Source of the DNA: Candidatus Omnitrophota bacterium
GTDB lineage: Bacteria; Omnitrophota; Omnitrophia; Omnitrophales; Aquincolibacteriaceae
Direction: 5' to 3'
NCBI GenBank assembly: GCA_043821445.1
Contig: JBDRCT010000013.1
Span: forward strand, 6,270-70,269
Length of the DNA: 64,000 nt
Part shown: piece after piece, positions 1 to 9,102 of the stretch
How the letters are laid out: each line of letters begins with the position of its first letter
Numbering within the stretch: position 1 is the stretch's first letter
Program-made: the position numbers and the translations under genes
Notes under the pieces: model-generated
The model's database searches: none
What the model was told of the DNA's origin: nothing
What the model saw: only the letters and a program-made list of their open reading frames with translations

Positions 1-1874
1 ATCACGAGACTGTAGCGAAGGGCGTCGGCCCCCATCTCTTCGATCACTTCAAGCGGGTCGATGGAATTCCCGAGCGATTTCGACATCTTGAGCCCGGTGA
101 CCGCGCGAACCGTGCCGTGAATATGGATCTGGGTGAACGGGACCTCCCCCATGAATTCAAGGCCCGCCATGATCATGCGCGCCACCCAGAAGAAAATGAT
201 CTCCGGAGCGGTCACAAGGTCCGAGGTCGGGTAGAACCTCTTCAGGTCTTCTGTTTGATCGGGCCAGCCCAAGGTCGAGAACGGCCAAAGCCAGCTGGAA
301 AACCAGGTGTCGAGGACGTCTGGATCTGGCACAAATAATTCAGGTGATGAGTGACCATTTGGACATTTTGTTGGATGTTCTTCTCGTGAAATAAAAGGAA
401 TCGCATTTCCTAAATCAATTCTATCTTTTACTTCAAGATGCGCCCTAGGAATTGTTTTATTAGGCGCTAACTTACCACCCTTAGGATCTGCGTGCGCCTG
501 TATATCAGGATAACATTCACCGCAATACCATGCCGGAATCCTATGCCCCCACCAGATCTGGCGCGAGATGCACCAGTCGCGGATACCGCCGAGCCAGTTC
601 AGATAAACTTTGGTCCAGCGGTCCGGATAGAAAACCGTTCTTCCCTGCTCGTGCGCCTTAAGGGCCTTCGCGGCCAGGGGCTGCATTTTCACGAACCATT
701 GTTTGGAGAGATAAGGTTCGACCACGGTGTCACACCGGTAGCAATGTCCGACCGCATACAGATGCGAATCGCGCCGGACGAAAAGCCCCTGGTTTTCCAG
801 GTCCTTCAGGATTTTTTTGCGCGCCTCAAAGCGGTCGAGCCCCTTGTAGGCGCCTCCGTATTTATTGATCTTGCCGTCCGGCGTCATGACATTGATCTGC
901 TCAAGCTTATGACGGTGCCCCATCGCGAAGTCGTTGGGGTCATGCGCGGGCGTGACCTTCACGATCCCGGTCCCGAACTCAGGGTCCACGAATTCATCCG
1001 CGATCACCGGGATCCCGCGGTCCATGAGCGGCAGGATGACCTTCTTGCCGATCAAGTGCTTGTAACGCGGATCGTCCGGATGCACCGCGACCGCCGTATC
1101 GCCTAGCAGGGTCTCGGGCCGTGTGGTCGCGACCACGATATGGTCTTCCCCCATCTTTTCGTAGGGACTGCTCTTCCCCGCGATGGGATACTTGATGTGG
1201 TACAGTCCGCCCTGCACGTCCTTGTGGGCGGCTTCTTCGTCCGAGAGCGCGGTCTGGCAGCGCGGGCACCAGTTGATGATGTAGTTGCCGCGGTAGATCA
1301 GCCCGCGCTCATAGAGCGTAACGAACGCTTCACGCACCGCCTTGGAAAGCCCTTCGTCCATGGTGAACCGTTCGCGTGTCCAGTCACAGGAAGCTCCGAG
1401 CCGGCGGAGCTGGCGCGTGATGGTCGACCCGTGTTCGTTCTTCCATTTCCACACTTCTTTTAAAAAAGCCTCACGACCGACGTCCCACCGGGTTTTCTTT
1501 TCCTTGGCCAGTTTCTTCTCGACCACATTCTGTGTTGCGATCCCCGCGTGGTCCACACCCGGCACCCAGAGCGTATCCCGGCCTTTCATGCGGTTCCAAC
1601 GGACGAGAACATCCTGGATAGAATTATTGAGCGCATGGCCCATGTGAAGGATGCCCGTTACGTTCGGCGGCGGGATCACGATGACGTACGGAAGAACCCC
1701 AGACTGCGGACTGCAGACGGCAGACTTTTCTTTTGTTTTTGCTGTGGTCTGTGGTCTGTGGTCTGTAGTCTGAGCGGCTCCGTCGCTCTGCGGACGGAAA
1801 TAGCCCTTCGATTCCCAGAGGGAATACCACTTGGTTTCGACTTGCTTGGAATTGTATTGCTTGTCTAGTTTCAT
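1..1874 (-). CDS. valS: valyl-tRNA synthetase, N-terminal roughly 620 aa (gene runs off the window start)
   Basis: Manual minus-strand translation from ATG (complement of 1872-1874) gives [28 protein letters not shown]...[17 protein letters not shown]...[13 protein letters not shown]...EVWKWK...DTWFSS...KMSKS with no stop down to position 1. The ORF is absent from the track because it has no in-window stop. Class I aaRS HxGH-like (HMGH) and KMSKS motifs are present. Confidence 0.85.
   Translation of the reverse strand, partial: MKLDKQYNSKQVETKWYSLWESKGYFRPQSDGAAQTTDHRPQTTAKTKEKSAVCSPQSGVLPYVIVIPPPNVTGILHMGHALNNSIQDVLVRWNRMKGRDTLWVPGVDHAGIATQNVVEKKLAKEKKTRWDVGREAFLKEVWKWKNEHGSTITRQLRRLGASCDWTRERFTMDEGLSKAVREAFVTLYERGLIYRGNYIINWCPRCQTALSDEEAAHKDVQGGLYHIKYPIAGKSSPYEKMGEDHIVVATTRPETLLGDTAVAVHPDDPRYKHLIGKKVILPLMDRGIPVIADEFVDPEFGTGIVKVTPAHDPNDFAMGHRHKLEQINVMTPDGKINKYGGAYKGLDRFEARKKILKDLENQGLFVRRDSHLYAVGHCYRCDTVVEPYLSKQWFVKMQPLAAKALKAHEQGRTVFYPDRWTKVYLNWLGGIRDWCISRQIWWGHRIPAWYCGECYPDIQAHADPKGGKLAPNKTIPRAHLEVKDRIDLGNAIPFISREEHPTKCPNGHSSPELFVPDPDVLDTWFSSWLWPFSTLGWPDQTEDLKRFYPTSDLVTAPEIIFFWVARMIMAGLEFMGEVPFTQIHIHGTVRAVTGLKMSKSLGNSIDPLEVIEEMGADALRYSLV
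335..530 (-). other. AT-rich (about 33% GC) mosaic segment inside valS encoding a Cys-x2-Cys...Cys-x3-His knuckle insertion
   Basis: Codon usage switches abruptly to AT-rich codons (AAT AAA ACA ATT CCT ... TGT CCA AAT GGT CAC) for the stretch [79 protein letters not shown]. Flanks are about 60% GC. Confidence 0.7.
1744..1772. repeat. GGTCTGT heptad tandem repeat (about 4 units) lying in frame inside the valS N-terminus
   Basis: ggtctgtggtctgtggtctgtagtctg encodes ..[10 protein letters not shown].. between the conserved YFRP and [13 protein letters not shown] blocks. The same heptad family recurs at about 28713-28735, 28803-28816 and 47020-47050. Confidence 0.8.
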
Positions 1875-1880
1875 ATTTTT

Positions 1881-1960
1881 TAGCGCAATGCGCGAAGCAC
1901 AACGCGCAACGTAAAAACCTGGCCTTTCCGTTGAGCGTTGCGCGTAGAACGTTGCGCGAG
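1881..1960. repeat. Repeat family A copy 1: roughly 80 bp GCGCAACG-rich palindromic element
   Basis: gcgcaatgcgcgaagcacaacgcgcaacgtaaaaacctggcctttccgttgagcgttgcgcgtagaacgttgcgcg. Inverted arms of CAACGCGCAA/CGTTGCGCG units flank a taaaaacctg core. Near-identical copies are at 4889-4967, 8959-9018 and 31467-31535. Confidence 0.8.
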
Positions 1961-1961
1961 A

Positions 1962-3533
1962 TCAGCCTTTGTGCAGTTTATATTCGATGGCTTCCACGAG
2001 GGCTTTCCAGCTGGCTTCGATGATGTTCTCATGAACGCCCACCGTGGTCCAGGTCCTGTTCTTGTCCTGGAATTCGATGAAGACGCGCACCTTGGCGGCG
2101 GTCCCGGCCTCGGAGTTGACGACGCGCACTTTATAATCCGTCAGGTGGATCTCGGAGATCGACGGGAACGAACGGCCGAGCGCTTTGCGGAGCGCGGAAT
2201 CAAGCGCGTTCACCGGACCGTCCCCTTCGGCGGATTCAAAATGCTCCTCCCCCCCGGCCATAATTTTGACGTCCGCGATGGAACGAGGGATCCCTTTGCC
2301 GATATTTTCGGTGCGGACCGAGATGTCCTCGACTTTAAAGAACGGTTTGAATTTTCCGAGAAGTCTTTGCACCAGAAGCTCGAAGCTCGCCTCCGCGGCC
2401 TCGAATTGGTAGCCCTCGTGCTCGAGGCGCTGGATCTCGGTCAAGATCTTCTGCGTCTCGGGCGAGTCCTTCCGAAAATGCATCTCGAGTTCCCGGGCCT
2501 TGATCATGATATTGGTCTTCCCGCCAAGCTCGGAGACGAGATAGCGGCGATAATTGCCGAGGGCCTTGGGTTCCACATGCTCGTAGGTTTTGGCGTTTTT
2601 TATCATCGCATTGATGTGCACGCCGCCTTTATGCGCGAACGCGGAACGGCCCGTGAACGGCTGGTGGTTCACGAGCGGCATATTGCAGACCTCGGCCACG
2701 TAGTGCGAGAGCTGGGTCCATTCCTTCATCTTCTTCGCCGGAAAGCAGGGGGTTTTCATTTTGAACTGCAGGTCCGGGATGATGCTTATGAGATTCGCGT
2801 TCCCGCAGCGTTCCCCGTAGCCGTTGATCGTTCCCTGCACCAGGACGCATCCTTCGCCCACCGCCTGGATGGAATTTGCGACCGCGAGTTCGGAATCATT
2901 GTGGCAATGGATGCCGAGCGGCGCTTTCACGGAGCGCTTCACTTTAAGGATCGCGTGACGGATCTCGTGCGGCAAGCTCCCGCCGTTGGTGTCACAAAGC
3001 GTGAGATTGTCGGCCCCCGCCGCCGCGGCCCTTTGGAGTGCTTTGAGCGCATAGTCGGGGTTCGCTTTAAAACCGTCGAAAAAATGTTCCGCGTCAAAGA
3101 TCACTTCGAGCTTCCGGTCCTTGAGATAAGCGACCGTCTCGTAGATCATCAGAAGATTTTCTTTGAGCGTGGTCTTAAAGACTTCCGACACGTGGAAATC
3201 CCAGGATTTCCCGAACACCGTCACCACCCGGGTGCCGGCCCCGATCAAAGCCTTCACATTGGAGTCGTCCTTGACCTTGGTGTGGGCGCGCCGCGTGGAG
3301 CCGAAGGCCGTGATCTTGGAACGCTGGATCCCGGCTTTCTTGACCATCGTGAAGAATTCCATGTCCTTGGGGTTCGAGCCCGGCCACCCGCCTTTGATGT
3401 AATGAATGCCGAACTTATCAAGCCGTTTCGCGATCAGGACCTTGTCGTGCGAAGACAGACTGATCCCTTCCGCTTGGGAGCCATCCCTTAAAGTCGTATC
3501 GTAAAATAGTATTTTTTTCTTTTTGGTCTTCAT
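1962..3533 (-). CDS. cimA: (R)-citramalate synthase / 2-isopropylmalate synthase family (LeuA/CimA, with C-terminal regulatory domain)
   Basis: 523 aa. N-terminal YDTTLRDGSQAEGIS, HCHNDSELAVANS, GTINGYGERCGNANL and a C-terminal LeuA-dimer-like domain. Closest in pattern to the CimA-type (DTTLRDGxQAE) rather than LeuA (DTTLRDGEQSPG). Confidence 0.7.
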   Translation of the reverse strand: MKTKKKKILFYDTTLRDGSQAEGISLSSHDKVLIAKRLDKFGIHYIKGGWPGSNPKDMEFFTMVKKAGIQRSKITAFGSTRRAHTKVKDDSNVKALIGAGTRVVTVFGKSWDFHVSEVFKTTLKENLLMIYETVAYLKDRKLEVIFDAEHFFDGFKANPDYALKALQRAAAAGADNLTLCDTNGGSLPHEIRHAILKVKRSVKAPLGIHCHNDSELAVANSIQAVGEGCVLVQGTINGYGERCGNANLISIIPDLQFKMKTPCFPAKKMKEWTQLSHYVAEVCNMPLVNHQPFTGRSAFAHKGGVHINAMIKNAKTYEHVEPKALGNYRRYLVSELGGKTNIMIKARELEMHFRKDSPETQKILTEIQRLEHEGYQFEAAEASFELLVQRLLGKFKPFFKVEDISVRTENIGKGIPRSIADVKIMAGGEEHFESAEGDGPVNALDSALRKALGRSFPSISEIHLTDYKVRVVNSEAGTAAKVRVFIEFQDKNRTWTTVGVHENIIEASWKALVEAIEYKLHKG

Positions 3534-3546
3534 GATGAACTACCCG

Positions 3547-3628
3547 AGTATCAAAGCATCAGGGTGTCAAGGTGTCAAAATTTTAAAGTTTTAGCGTTTT
3601 GATACATTGATACTCTGATACCCTGATA
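3547..3628. repeat. Repeat family B copy 1: GTGTCAA / TTGATAC imperfect palindromic spacer element
   Basis: gtatcaaagcatcagggtgtcaaggtgtcaaaattttaaagttttagcgttttgatacattgatactctgataccctgatact. It fills the cimA-lysC intergenic gap exactly. Related copies are at 7329-7404, 32646-32712 and 53921-53960. Confidence 0.75.
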
Positions 3629-4849
3629 CTATTTTTTGCCGAGTCCGAACGCCTGGTGAATGACGCGGGCGGCAAGCCTGCCTTTATCGCCGGCCACCAC
3701 GACTGAGATCTTGATCTCGGAAGTGGAGATCATATCGATATTGATCTTGTTCTTGGCCAGGGTCGAGAACATCTTCGACGCGATGCCGGAATGGGACCGC
3801 ATGCCGATCCCGACCACGCTCACCTTCGCGATATGTTCGTCGCAGGTGACGTTCGTGGCGCCGACCTTCTTCATGGCCGCTTTCACGACCTTCATGGCCT
3901 TCACAAGTTCGTTCTTAAAAACGGTAAAAGAAATGTCCGTGGAATTCGTCTGCGTTTTGTTCTGGATGATCATATCCACGTTCACATTCGCGTCCGCCAG
4001 GGTCTGAAAGACCTTGGCCGCCACGCCCGGACGGTCCGAGACGCGGAACAGGGTGATCTTGGCTTCATCTTCGGCGAGTGCGACGCCGCTTACAACGACT
4101 TCTTCCATGGCTTTATTCTCCTTCGTGATAAGAGTTCCTTTGTGGTCGTTCTGGGAATTACAGACCCAGATCGGCATGTTGAATTTCTTTCCGACTTCGA
4201 TCGAACGTGAATGCATCACTTTTGCGCCGAGTGACGCGAGCTCCAGGATCTCGTCATAAGTGACCCGGTCCATCTTTTGCGCTTCCGGGATCACGCGCGG
4301 GTCCGCGGTGAAGATCCCGTCCACGTCCGTGTAGATCTCACAATGCTTTGCCCTGAGCGCCACCGCGAGCGCCACGGCCGTGAGGTCCGAACCGCCGCGA
4401 CCGAGCGTCGTGATCTCGCCTGAGGACGTTTGGCCCTGGAACCCGGCGACGATCACGATCTTGCCGGCGGACAGGGCTTTCTTGATGCGGTCCGCGCTGA
4501 TGTTCTGGATGCGGGCTTTGCTGTGGAATTCATCCGTGATGATCCCCACCTGCGAACCCGTGAAAGAAACCGCTTCGTGGCCTAATGTATGGACCGCCAT
4601 CGCCAAAAGCGCGATCGAGACCTGCTCCCCGGTCGAAAGAAGCATATCCATTTCACGCTCCTGGGGATCTTTATTGATCTGGTCTGCGAGCGCGATCAGG
4701 TCATCGGTCATATCCCCCATCGCGGAAACGACCACGACGACCTTGTGTCCCGCCTGTTTTGTCTTGATCACGCGTTGCGCGACACGCAGGATCTTTTCCG
4801 CATTCGCGACCGAAGAACCTCCGTATTTCTGTACGACTAATGACATATT
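3629..4849 (-). CDS. lysC: aspartate kinase (monofunctional, two ACT domains)
   Basis: MSLVVQKYGGSSVANAEKI...VVVVSAMGDMTDDL...GRGGSDLTAVALA plus C-terminal ACT repeats. The likely true start is the internal ATG (MSLVVQKYGG) at 4849; the track ORF extends to 4894. Confidence 0.85.
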   Translation of the reverse strand, partial: NMSLVVQKYGGSSVANAEKILRVAQRVIKTKQAGHKVVVVVSAMGDMTDDLIALADQINKDPQEREMDMLLSTGEQVSIALLAMAVHTLGHEAVSFTGSQVGIITDEFHSKARIQNISADRIKKALSAGKIVIVAGFQGQTSSGEITTLGRGGSDLTAVALAVALRAKHCEIYTDVDGIFTADPRVIPEAQKMDRVTYDEILELASLGAKVMHSRSIEVGKKFNMPIWVCNSQNDHKGTLITKENKAMEEVVVSGVALAEDEAKITLFRVSDRPGVAAKVFQTLADANVNVDMIIQNKTQTNSTDISFTVFKNELVKAMKVVKAAMKKVGATNVTCDEHIAKVSVVGIGMRSHSGIASKMFSTLAKNKINIDMISTSEIKISVVVAGDKGRLAARVIHQAFGLGKK

Positions 4850-4888
4850 CTTTCCTTTGTTTCGTTGAGTTAGAAAGTTCAATAAAAA

Positions 4889-4967
4889 GCGCAACGCTCA
4901 ACGGGCAACGCACAACGTTAAAACCTGAAAAAATTCGTTGCGCTTTGCGCGTAATACGTTGCGCTCG
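4889..4967. repeat. Repeat family A copy 2
   Basis: gcgcaacgctcaacgggcaacgcacaacgttaaaacctgaaaaaattcgttgcgctttgcgcgtaatacgttgcgctcg, lying between the thrB-like stop and the lysC start. Confidence 0.8.
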
Positions 4968-4986
4968 TAAAGGACGCATTTCTCCT

Positions 4987-6192
4987 TTACGAAGCTTTTG
5001 TCATGAAAAAAGGCATCAGCTCCGTGGTTTTGTTGAATTTCACTTCTGAAGTCTTGGCCGCGATCTCCGAGAACCGCTCGATCTCGCCGGGCATGATATT
5101 CTTGCCGCTCATGGCGAACGGAACGCTGTCGCGGACGATCTCTTTCATTTTCCAAAGGGTCGCATGCCCCGGCGTGACCAGAAGGCGCGAATCCTTGGAG
5201 CGCTCAAGATATTTGCGGATCTTCGAGAGAACAAAAAAATCGATCCCCTCGATCGCCGAGACCTTCCCCTTCACATCCCCGGCCCGCGACGCTTCCTCGG
5301 GAGTATGAAGATGGAGGCAAACAAAATCTTTTTCTTCCATGGCCTCGATCGCCACCTTGGAGATCTTGTCATAAAAAGCCGCGGGCTCTTCGCCCCCCTC
5401 CTTGACCTCCATGACCGTGAGCCCCGCCATGCGGCCCAGGCCCCTCGCGTATTCGCGCGCGGCGACCATCGCGCCTCCGGAAACGTCAAAACATTCGCGG
5501 AAAGGTTTAAGGACCGGCTTCTTTCCCTGCCCCCAAAGCCAGATCATGTTCGCGGGATTCTCGCCGAGATCCACGCGCACCTGGTTGATCTCATGATCCT
5601 GCAAGAGAAGCCTGGCGTCATACATCAATTTCCGCATCAATTCCTCGCCCGGGCCCTTCGGCAGCACATCCTCGATCTTTTCGCCGATCACGCTTTCCGG
5701 CGGCTGGGTCTTCGCGGACAGGGCATCAAATCCGTTCGCGTCCTTGATCACCGCAAGATGCCGGTGCCCGGAACCCGAGAAGAACCGCACAAAATCGCTG
5801 GCGACCTTTTTGTTCAAAAAGTTGACAAGCGCCTTCGCCTCTTTAGTGCTAATGGCTCCGGCGGTCGGATCGGCCAACATGCCCGCTGCCTCGGTGATGA
5901 AATTCATGCAGAATGCGACTTCTTTGTCGTCGAGCGTCAATTCCTTGTCGGCAGCCTCCAGCGGCCCGCGGCCGGTATAAAGCTTCGACGCATCGTAGCC
6001 TAAAAGATTGTACAGGCTTATATCCGCGGAAAGCGACAGACGGTCGGAAACAAGCTTCGCGGTCCCTACCTTGCCGTTCCGCGCAAAAAAGGTCAGATTC
6101 GGGACCTTGGCCGCTTCCAAGGGAGTTTTTCCTCCGAGCTCTTCGGTTGGATGATCCGCAGCGCCCGCGAGAACCACAACGATAGATTTCAT
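4987..6192 (-). CDS. Cofactor-independent phosphoglycerate mutase-like metalloenzyme (ApgM / PF01676 family). Its position in the thr operon suggests it is the non-canonical homoserine kinase.
   Basis: 401 aa with an ApgM-like fold ([15 protein letters not shown]..., ..[18 protein letters not shown].., ..LLVTPGHAT..). Its stop overlaps the thrC start by 4 nt, and it sits between thrC and lysC exactly where thrB would be. No canonical GHMP-kinase thrB is present in the operon. Confidence 0.6.
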   Translation of the reverse strand: MKSIVVVLAGAADHPTEELGGKTPLEAAKVPNLTFFARNGKVGTAKLVSDRLSLSADISLYNLLGYDASKLYTGRGPLEAADKELTLDDKEVAFCMNFITEAAGMLADPTAGAISTKEAKALVNFLNKKVASDFVRFFSGSGHRHLAVIKDANGFDALSAKTQPPESVIGEKIEDVLPKGPGEELMRKLMYDARLLLQDHEINQVRVDLGENPANMIWLWGQGKKPVLKPFRECFDVSGGAMVAAREYARGLGRMAGLTVMEVKEGGEEPAAFYDKISKVAIEAMEEKDFVCLHLHTPEEASRAGDVKGKVSAIEGIDFFVLSKIRKYLERSKDSRLLVTPGHATLWKMKEIVRDSVPFAMSGKNIMPGEIERFSEIAAKTSEVKFNKTTELMPFFMTKAS

Positions 6193-7259
6193 CGGATAAC
6201 CTCCTTTACGGCATCGAGAGTGGATTTGACCTTAGAGATCGGATCGTCAAAACTGAGCGCAAAATCAGGGTCTTTGAGCCCCGCACCTGTCAGCGTGATC
6301 ACAATGCGGGACCCTTCTTTGAAAAATCCTTTTTTCGCAAGGTTGATCACTCCTGCGACCGGCGCAACGCTGGCCGGTTCCGCGAAAACGCCCTCGCGCT
6401 CCGCGATAAAACGGTACGCCTTCGTGATCTCCGTATCCGTCACCTTATCGATCAGGCCGCCCGATTCGTCGCGCGCGTTAACGGCACCCTGCCAGCTTGC
6501 AGGATTCCCGATACGGATGGCGGTCGCGATCGTCTCCGGTTTCTCCACCGGATGCCCCAGTACGATCGGGGCGGAACCCGCGGCTTGAAAGCCGAGCATT
6601 TTCGGTAAGGTCTCGGACTTCCCCGCTTTTTTATATTCCTTGTAGCCCTTCCAATAAGCCGTGATATTACCGGCATTCCCGACCGGGATCGCGTGATATT
6701 CCGGCGCGTCCCCGAGATCGTCGACGATCTCGAAGGCCGCTGTCTTCTGTCCTTCGATGCGGTACGGATTGATGGAATTTACAAGCGTGATCTTTCCTTC
6801 CCGGGTGATCTCTTGCACGAGCTCAAGCGCCTTGTCAAAATTCCCCTCGACCATAATCACCTTCGAGCCGTAGCGGTACGCCTGCAGGAGTTTTCCTTTG
6901 GCGATCTTCCCTTCCGGGATCAACACAAAACATTTGAGGCCGCACCGGCACGCGTAAGCCGCGGCGGAGGCGGACGTATTCCCGGTCGAGGCGCACATCA
7001 CGGCCTTCGAGCCCGCTTCGACCGCCTTCGAAATCGCCAGGGTCATCCCGCGGTCCTTGAACGAGCCCGTCGGGTTCAGGCCTTCGAATTTGTAATAGAT
7101 CCGGATATTCTTCAGACCAAGTTCCAGGGGCAAGGCCTCCGCCAGAATGAGCGGCGTGTTGCCTTCATTGAGCGAAATGATGGGAGTCTTATCCGTGACC
7201 GGAAGATACTCCTGATAACGCTCGATGATCCCGATCTTTTTGACCGCGTATTTTCCCAT
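6189..7259 (-). CDS. thrC: threonine synthase
   Basis: 356 aa; PLP-lysine motif [18 protein letters not shown]; fold-type II PLP enzyme; short ThrC form. Confidence 0.85.
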   Translation of the reverse strand: MGKYAVKKIGIIERYQEYLPVTDKTPIISLNEGNTPLILAEALPLELGLKNIRIYYKFEGLNPTGSFKDRGMTLAISKAVEAGSKAVMCASTGNTSASAAAYACRCGLKCFVLIPEGKIAKGKLLQAYRYGSKVIMVEGNFDKALELVQEITREGKITLVNSINPYRIEGQKTAAFEIVDDLGDAPEYHAIPVGNAGNITAYWKGYKEYKKAGKSETLPKMLGFQAAGSAPIVLGHPVEKPETIATAIRIGNPASWQGAVNARDESGGLIDKVTDTEITKAYRFIAEREGVFAEPASVAPVAGVINLAKKGFFKEGSRIVITLTGAGLKDPDFALSFDDPISKVKSTLDAVKEVIR

Positions 7260-7328
7260 AAAATTCTACCTTTTACCGTTCAGTTTAAACCTTTTAGTTT
7301 TTGTCATTCCTGAAACTGAAGCAACTCG

Positions 7329-7404
7329 CATCAAAGTATCACGGTGTCAATGTATCAAGGTTTTAAAGCTTTACCCTTTGACACTTTGATGCGCTGACAC
7401 TGAC
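7329..7404. repeat. Repeat family B copy 2
   Basis: catcaaagtatcacggtgtcaatgtatcaaggttttaaagctttaccctttgacactttgatgcgctgacactgac, in the hom-thrC intergenic spacer. Confidence 0.75.
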
Positions 7405-7474
7405 CCATTTCCAACTTCCTGAATTTCTGTCCGCACAAGAAAAACATGCTGGAACCGGAATAACGCTCCGAGCC

Positions 7475-8770
7475 CTACGCCTCTTCCATACGGATGACCT
7501 GGGTCCTGCCTTTGATACAGGACATGCCGTCGATCTCGCGGACCGCGGCCCTTAGGTCTTTTTCTTGGGTATCGTGCGTCAAAAGGATGAGCGGCACCAC
7601 GCGCCCGGCGCTGCGTTCGCGCTGCATGACATCCGAGATGCTGATCTTGTGTTTCCCTAGGATCTTCGAGATGTTCGAAAGCACGCTGGGTTTGTCGATC
7701 ACATAGAACCTCAAATAATAACGCGACAGGATCGAAAAAATACTTTTCACCGGAAGGGTCTTCCCGAGCGCTCGGACCATGAACCGGTCCTCGGCGGGCC
7801 CCGCGGCCCCGGCCTTGGCGATATCCACCAGGTCCGCGATCACGGCACTTGCGGTCGGATGCGGCCCCGCCCCCCGACCGTAAAAAAGCACATCCCCCAC
7901 TTCGTCGCCGCGCATCAGGATCGCATTGAACGAACCGTTCACATTTGCGAGGATGTGCGAATTCGGCAAGAGGGTCGGCTGGACGCGCGCTTCCATACCC
8001 TTTCTCGATCGTTTGGCGATCGCGAGCAATTTGATCGTGTACCCGAATTCCTTGGCGAAGGCGATATCATCGCTTGAGATCTCGGTGATCCCTTCGCAGT
8101 AAATGTCCTTGAATTTCACTTTCCCGCCGAAAGCGAAACGGGCGAGGATCGCAAGCTTGTGGGCGGCGTCGTGCCCGCTCACGTCAAGAAAAGGGTCCGC
8201 CTCGGCGAAACCCTGCTTTTGAGCGCCGGCCAATGCCTCGGCGAAGCTCATGCCCTTGGCGGTCATCTGGGTCAGAATGTAATTCGTGGTCCCGTTGATA
8301 ATGGCATGCACCGAATCGATACGGTTCGCCGCAAGCCCTTCACGAAGTGCCTTGATGCACGGAATACCACCCCCCACGCTCGCCTCGAAACAAAGCCAGC
8401 GTTTCATCCGGTGCGCGAGTTCGAAGATCTCATCGCCGTGTTCGGCCAGAAGGGCTTTGTTGGCGGTCACCACATGCTTGCCGTTCCGGAGCGCTTCTTT
8501 GATCAACTGCCGGGCGACCGTCGTACCCCCGATCAGTTCGACCACGACATCGATGGACGGATCCCGCACGACGGCAAAAGCGTCCCGGGTCATGAGGTGT
8601 TTCGGAGGATGGACTTTTTTATTCCGCCCGGGATATTTCTCCGCGATCTTCGCGAGTTCGAAAGACACCCCCAGTTGGCGGGCGAATAAAGCCCTCTTCG
8701 CCGTAAGGATCTCATAAAGCCCGGTGCCGATCTGTCCCAACCCGAGAAGTCCGATCTTGATCTTTTTCAT
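7475..8770 (-). CDS. hom: homoserine dehydrogenase (with C-terminal ACT domain)
   Basis: MKKIKIGLLGLGQIGTGL NAD-binding N-terminus, catalytic domain and C-terminal ACT. True start is ATG at 8770, preceded by GAGAGGAAAT; the track ORF starts at an upstream TTG. Confidence 0.85.
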   Translation of the reverse strand: MKKIKIGLLGLGQIGTGLYEILTAKRALFARQLGVSFELAKIAEKYPGRNKKVHPPKHLMTRDAFAVVRDPSIDVVVELIGGTTVARQLIKEALRNGKHVVTANKALLAEHGDEIFELAHRMKRWLCFEASVGGGIPCIKALREGLAANRIDSVHAIINGTTNYILTQMTAKGMSFAEALAGAQKQGFAEADPFLDVSGHDAAHKLAILARFAFGGKVKFKDIYCEGITEISSDDIAFAKEFGYTIKLLAIAKRSRKGMEARVQPTLLPNSHILANVNGSFNAILMRGDEVGDVLFYGRGAGPHPTASAVIADLVDIAKAGAAGPAEDRFMVRALGKTLPVKSIFSILSRYYLRFYVIDKPSVLSNISKILGKHKISISDVMQRERSAGRVVPLILLTHDTQEKDLRAAVREIDGMSCIKGRTQVIRMEEA

Positions 8771-8850
8771 ATTTCCTCTCAAGTAAACGCCCTAAGTTCA
8801 GTCATGACAAAACCTTAAGAAAGTCGGGGTAGCCCTGATTTTCGATCCAT

Positions 8851-8917
8851 AAAAAAATAACAAGGTGATCAGGACAACCCTGACTTCCTTGTTAATTCCC
8901 CGAACGAAAGTCAGGGT
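8851..8917 (-). promoter_or_regulatory. Candidate transcription attenuator (terminator / antiterminator alternative hairpins) in the 5' leader of the hom-thrC-thrB-lysC-cimA operon
   Basis: On the minus strand: AACAAGG-[aagtcagggttgtcctgatca]-CCTTGTT followed by AUUUUUUUA, an intrinsic terminator with an inner tcagg/cctga stem. An upstream CCCTGACTT...AAGTCAGGG 9-bp stem overlaps the terminator's 5' arm, so the two are mutually exclusive. The structure ends about 80 nt before the hom ATG. Confidence 0.4.
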
Positions 8918-8958
8918 AGTATATCTCACCCTAAAGTAAAAATCAAACAGCCCTTCCT

Positions 8959-9018
8959 CGCACAACGCGCAAAGCTCAACACACAACGAATCGAGCGTTG
9001 CACGTTGCGCGTTGCGCT
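8959..9018. repeat. Repeat family A copy 3
   Basis: cacaacgcgcaaagctcaacacacaacgaatcgagcgttgcacgttgcgcgttgcgc, upstream of the thr operon leader. Confidence 0.75.
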
Positions 9019-9102
9019 TGATCTTCCTCTCCCTTTACTTTATGGTTCGTTGATGTATACTACCCTTGTTTTTGTGAAAAAATATCAACTCAGAGGCCAA
9101 AA

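Noticed and set aside
1744-1772. Possibility that the GGTCTGT / GGAGACT tandem repeats represent a CRISPR array
   Set aside because: Units are 7 nt, tandem and without spacers. No repeat-spacer periodicity and no cas genes in the window.
492-1868. Plus-strand ORFs (492-1106, 1140-1463, 1342-1647, 1548-1868) at the window start
   Set aside because: All lie antisense to the valS coding sequence, which translates cleanly on the minus strand with canonical ValRS motifs. They are typical spurious ORFs of a high-GC antisense strand.
1938-3491. 517-aa plus-strand ORF
   Set aside because: Exactly antisense to the citramalate-synthase gene. Arg/Gly/Asp-rich low-complexity translation with no motifs.
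5164-6003. 279-aa plus-strand ORF
   Set aside because: Antisense to the ApgM-like thrB candidate. No recognisable domain.
8798-8986. 62-aa ORF in the hom leader as a genuine thr leader peptide
   Set aside because: Starts inside a family A repeat, lacks a convincing RBS, and reads through the terminator hairpin instead of stalling before it. Kept only as a speculative note under the attenuator finding.
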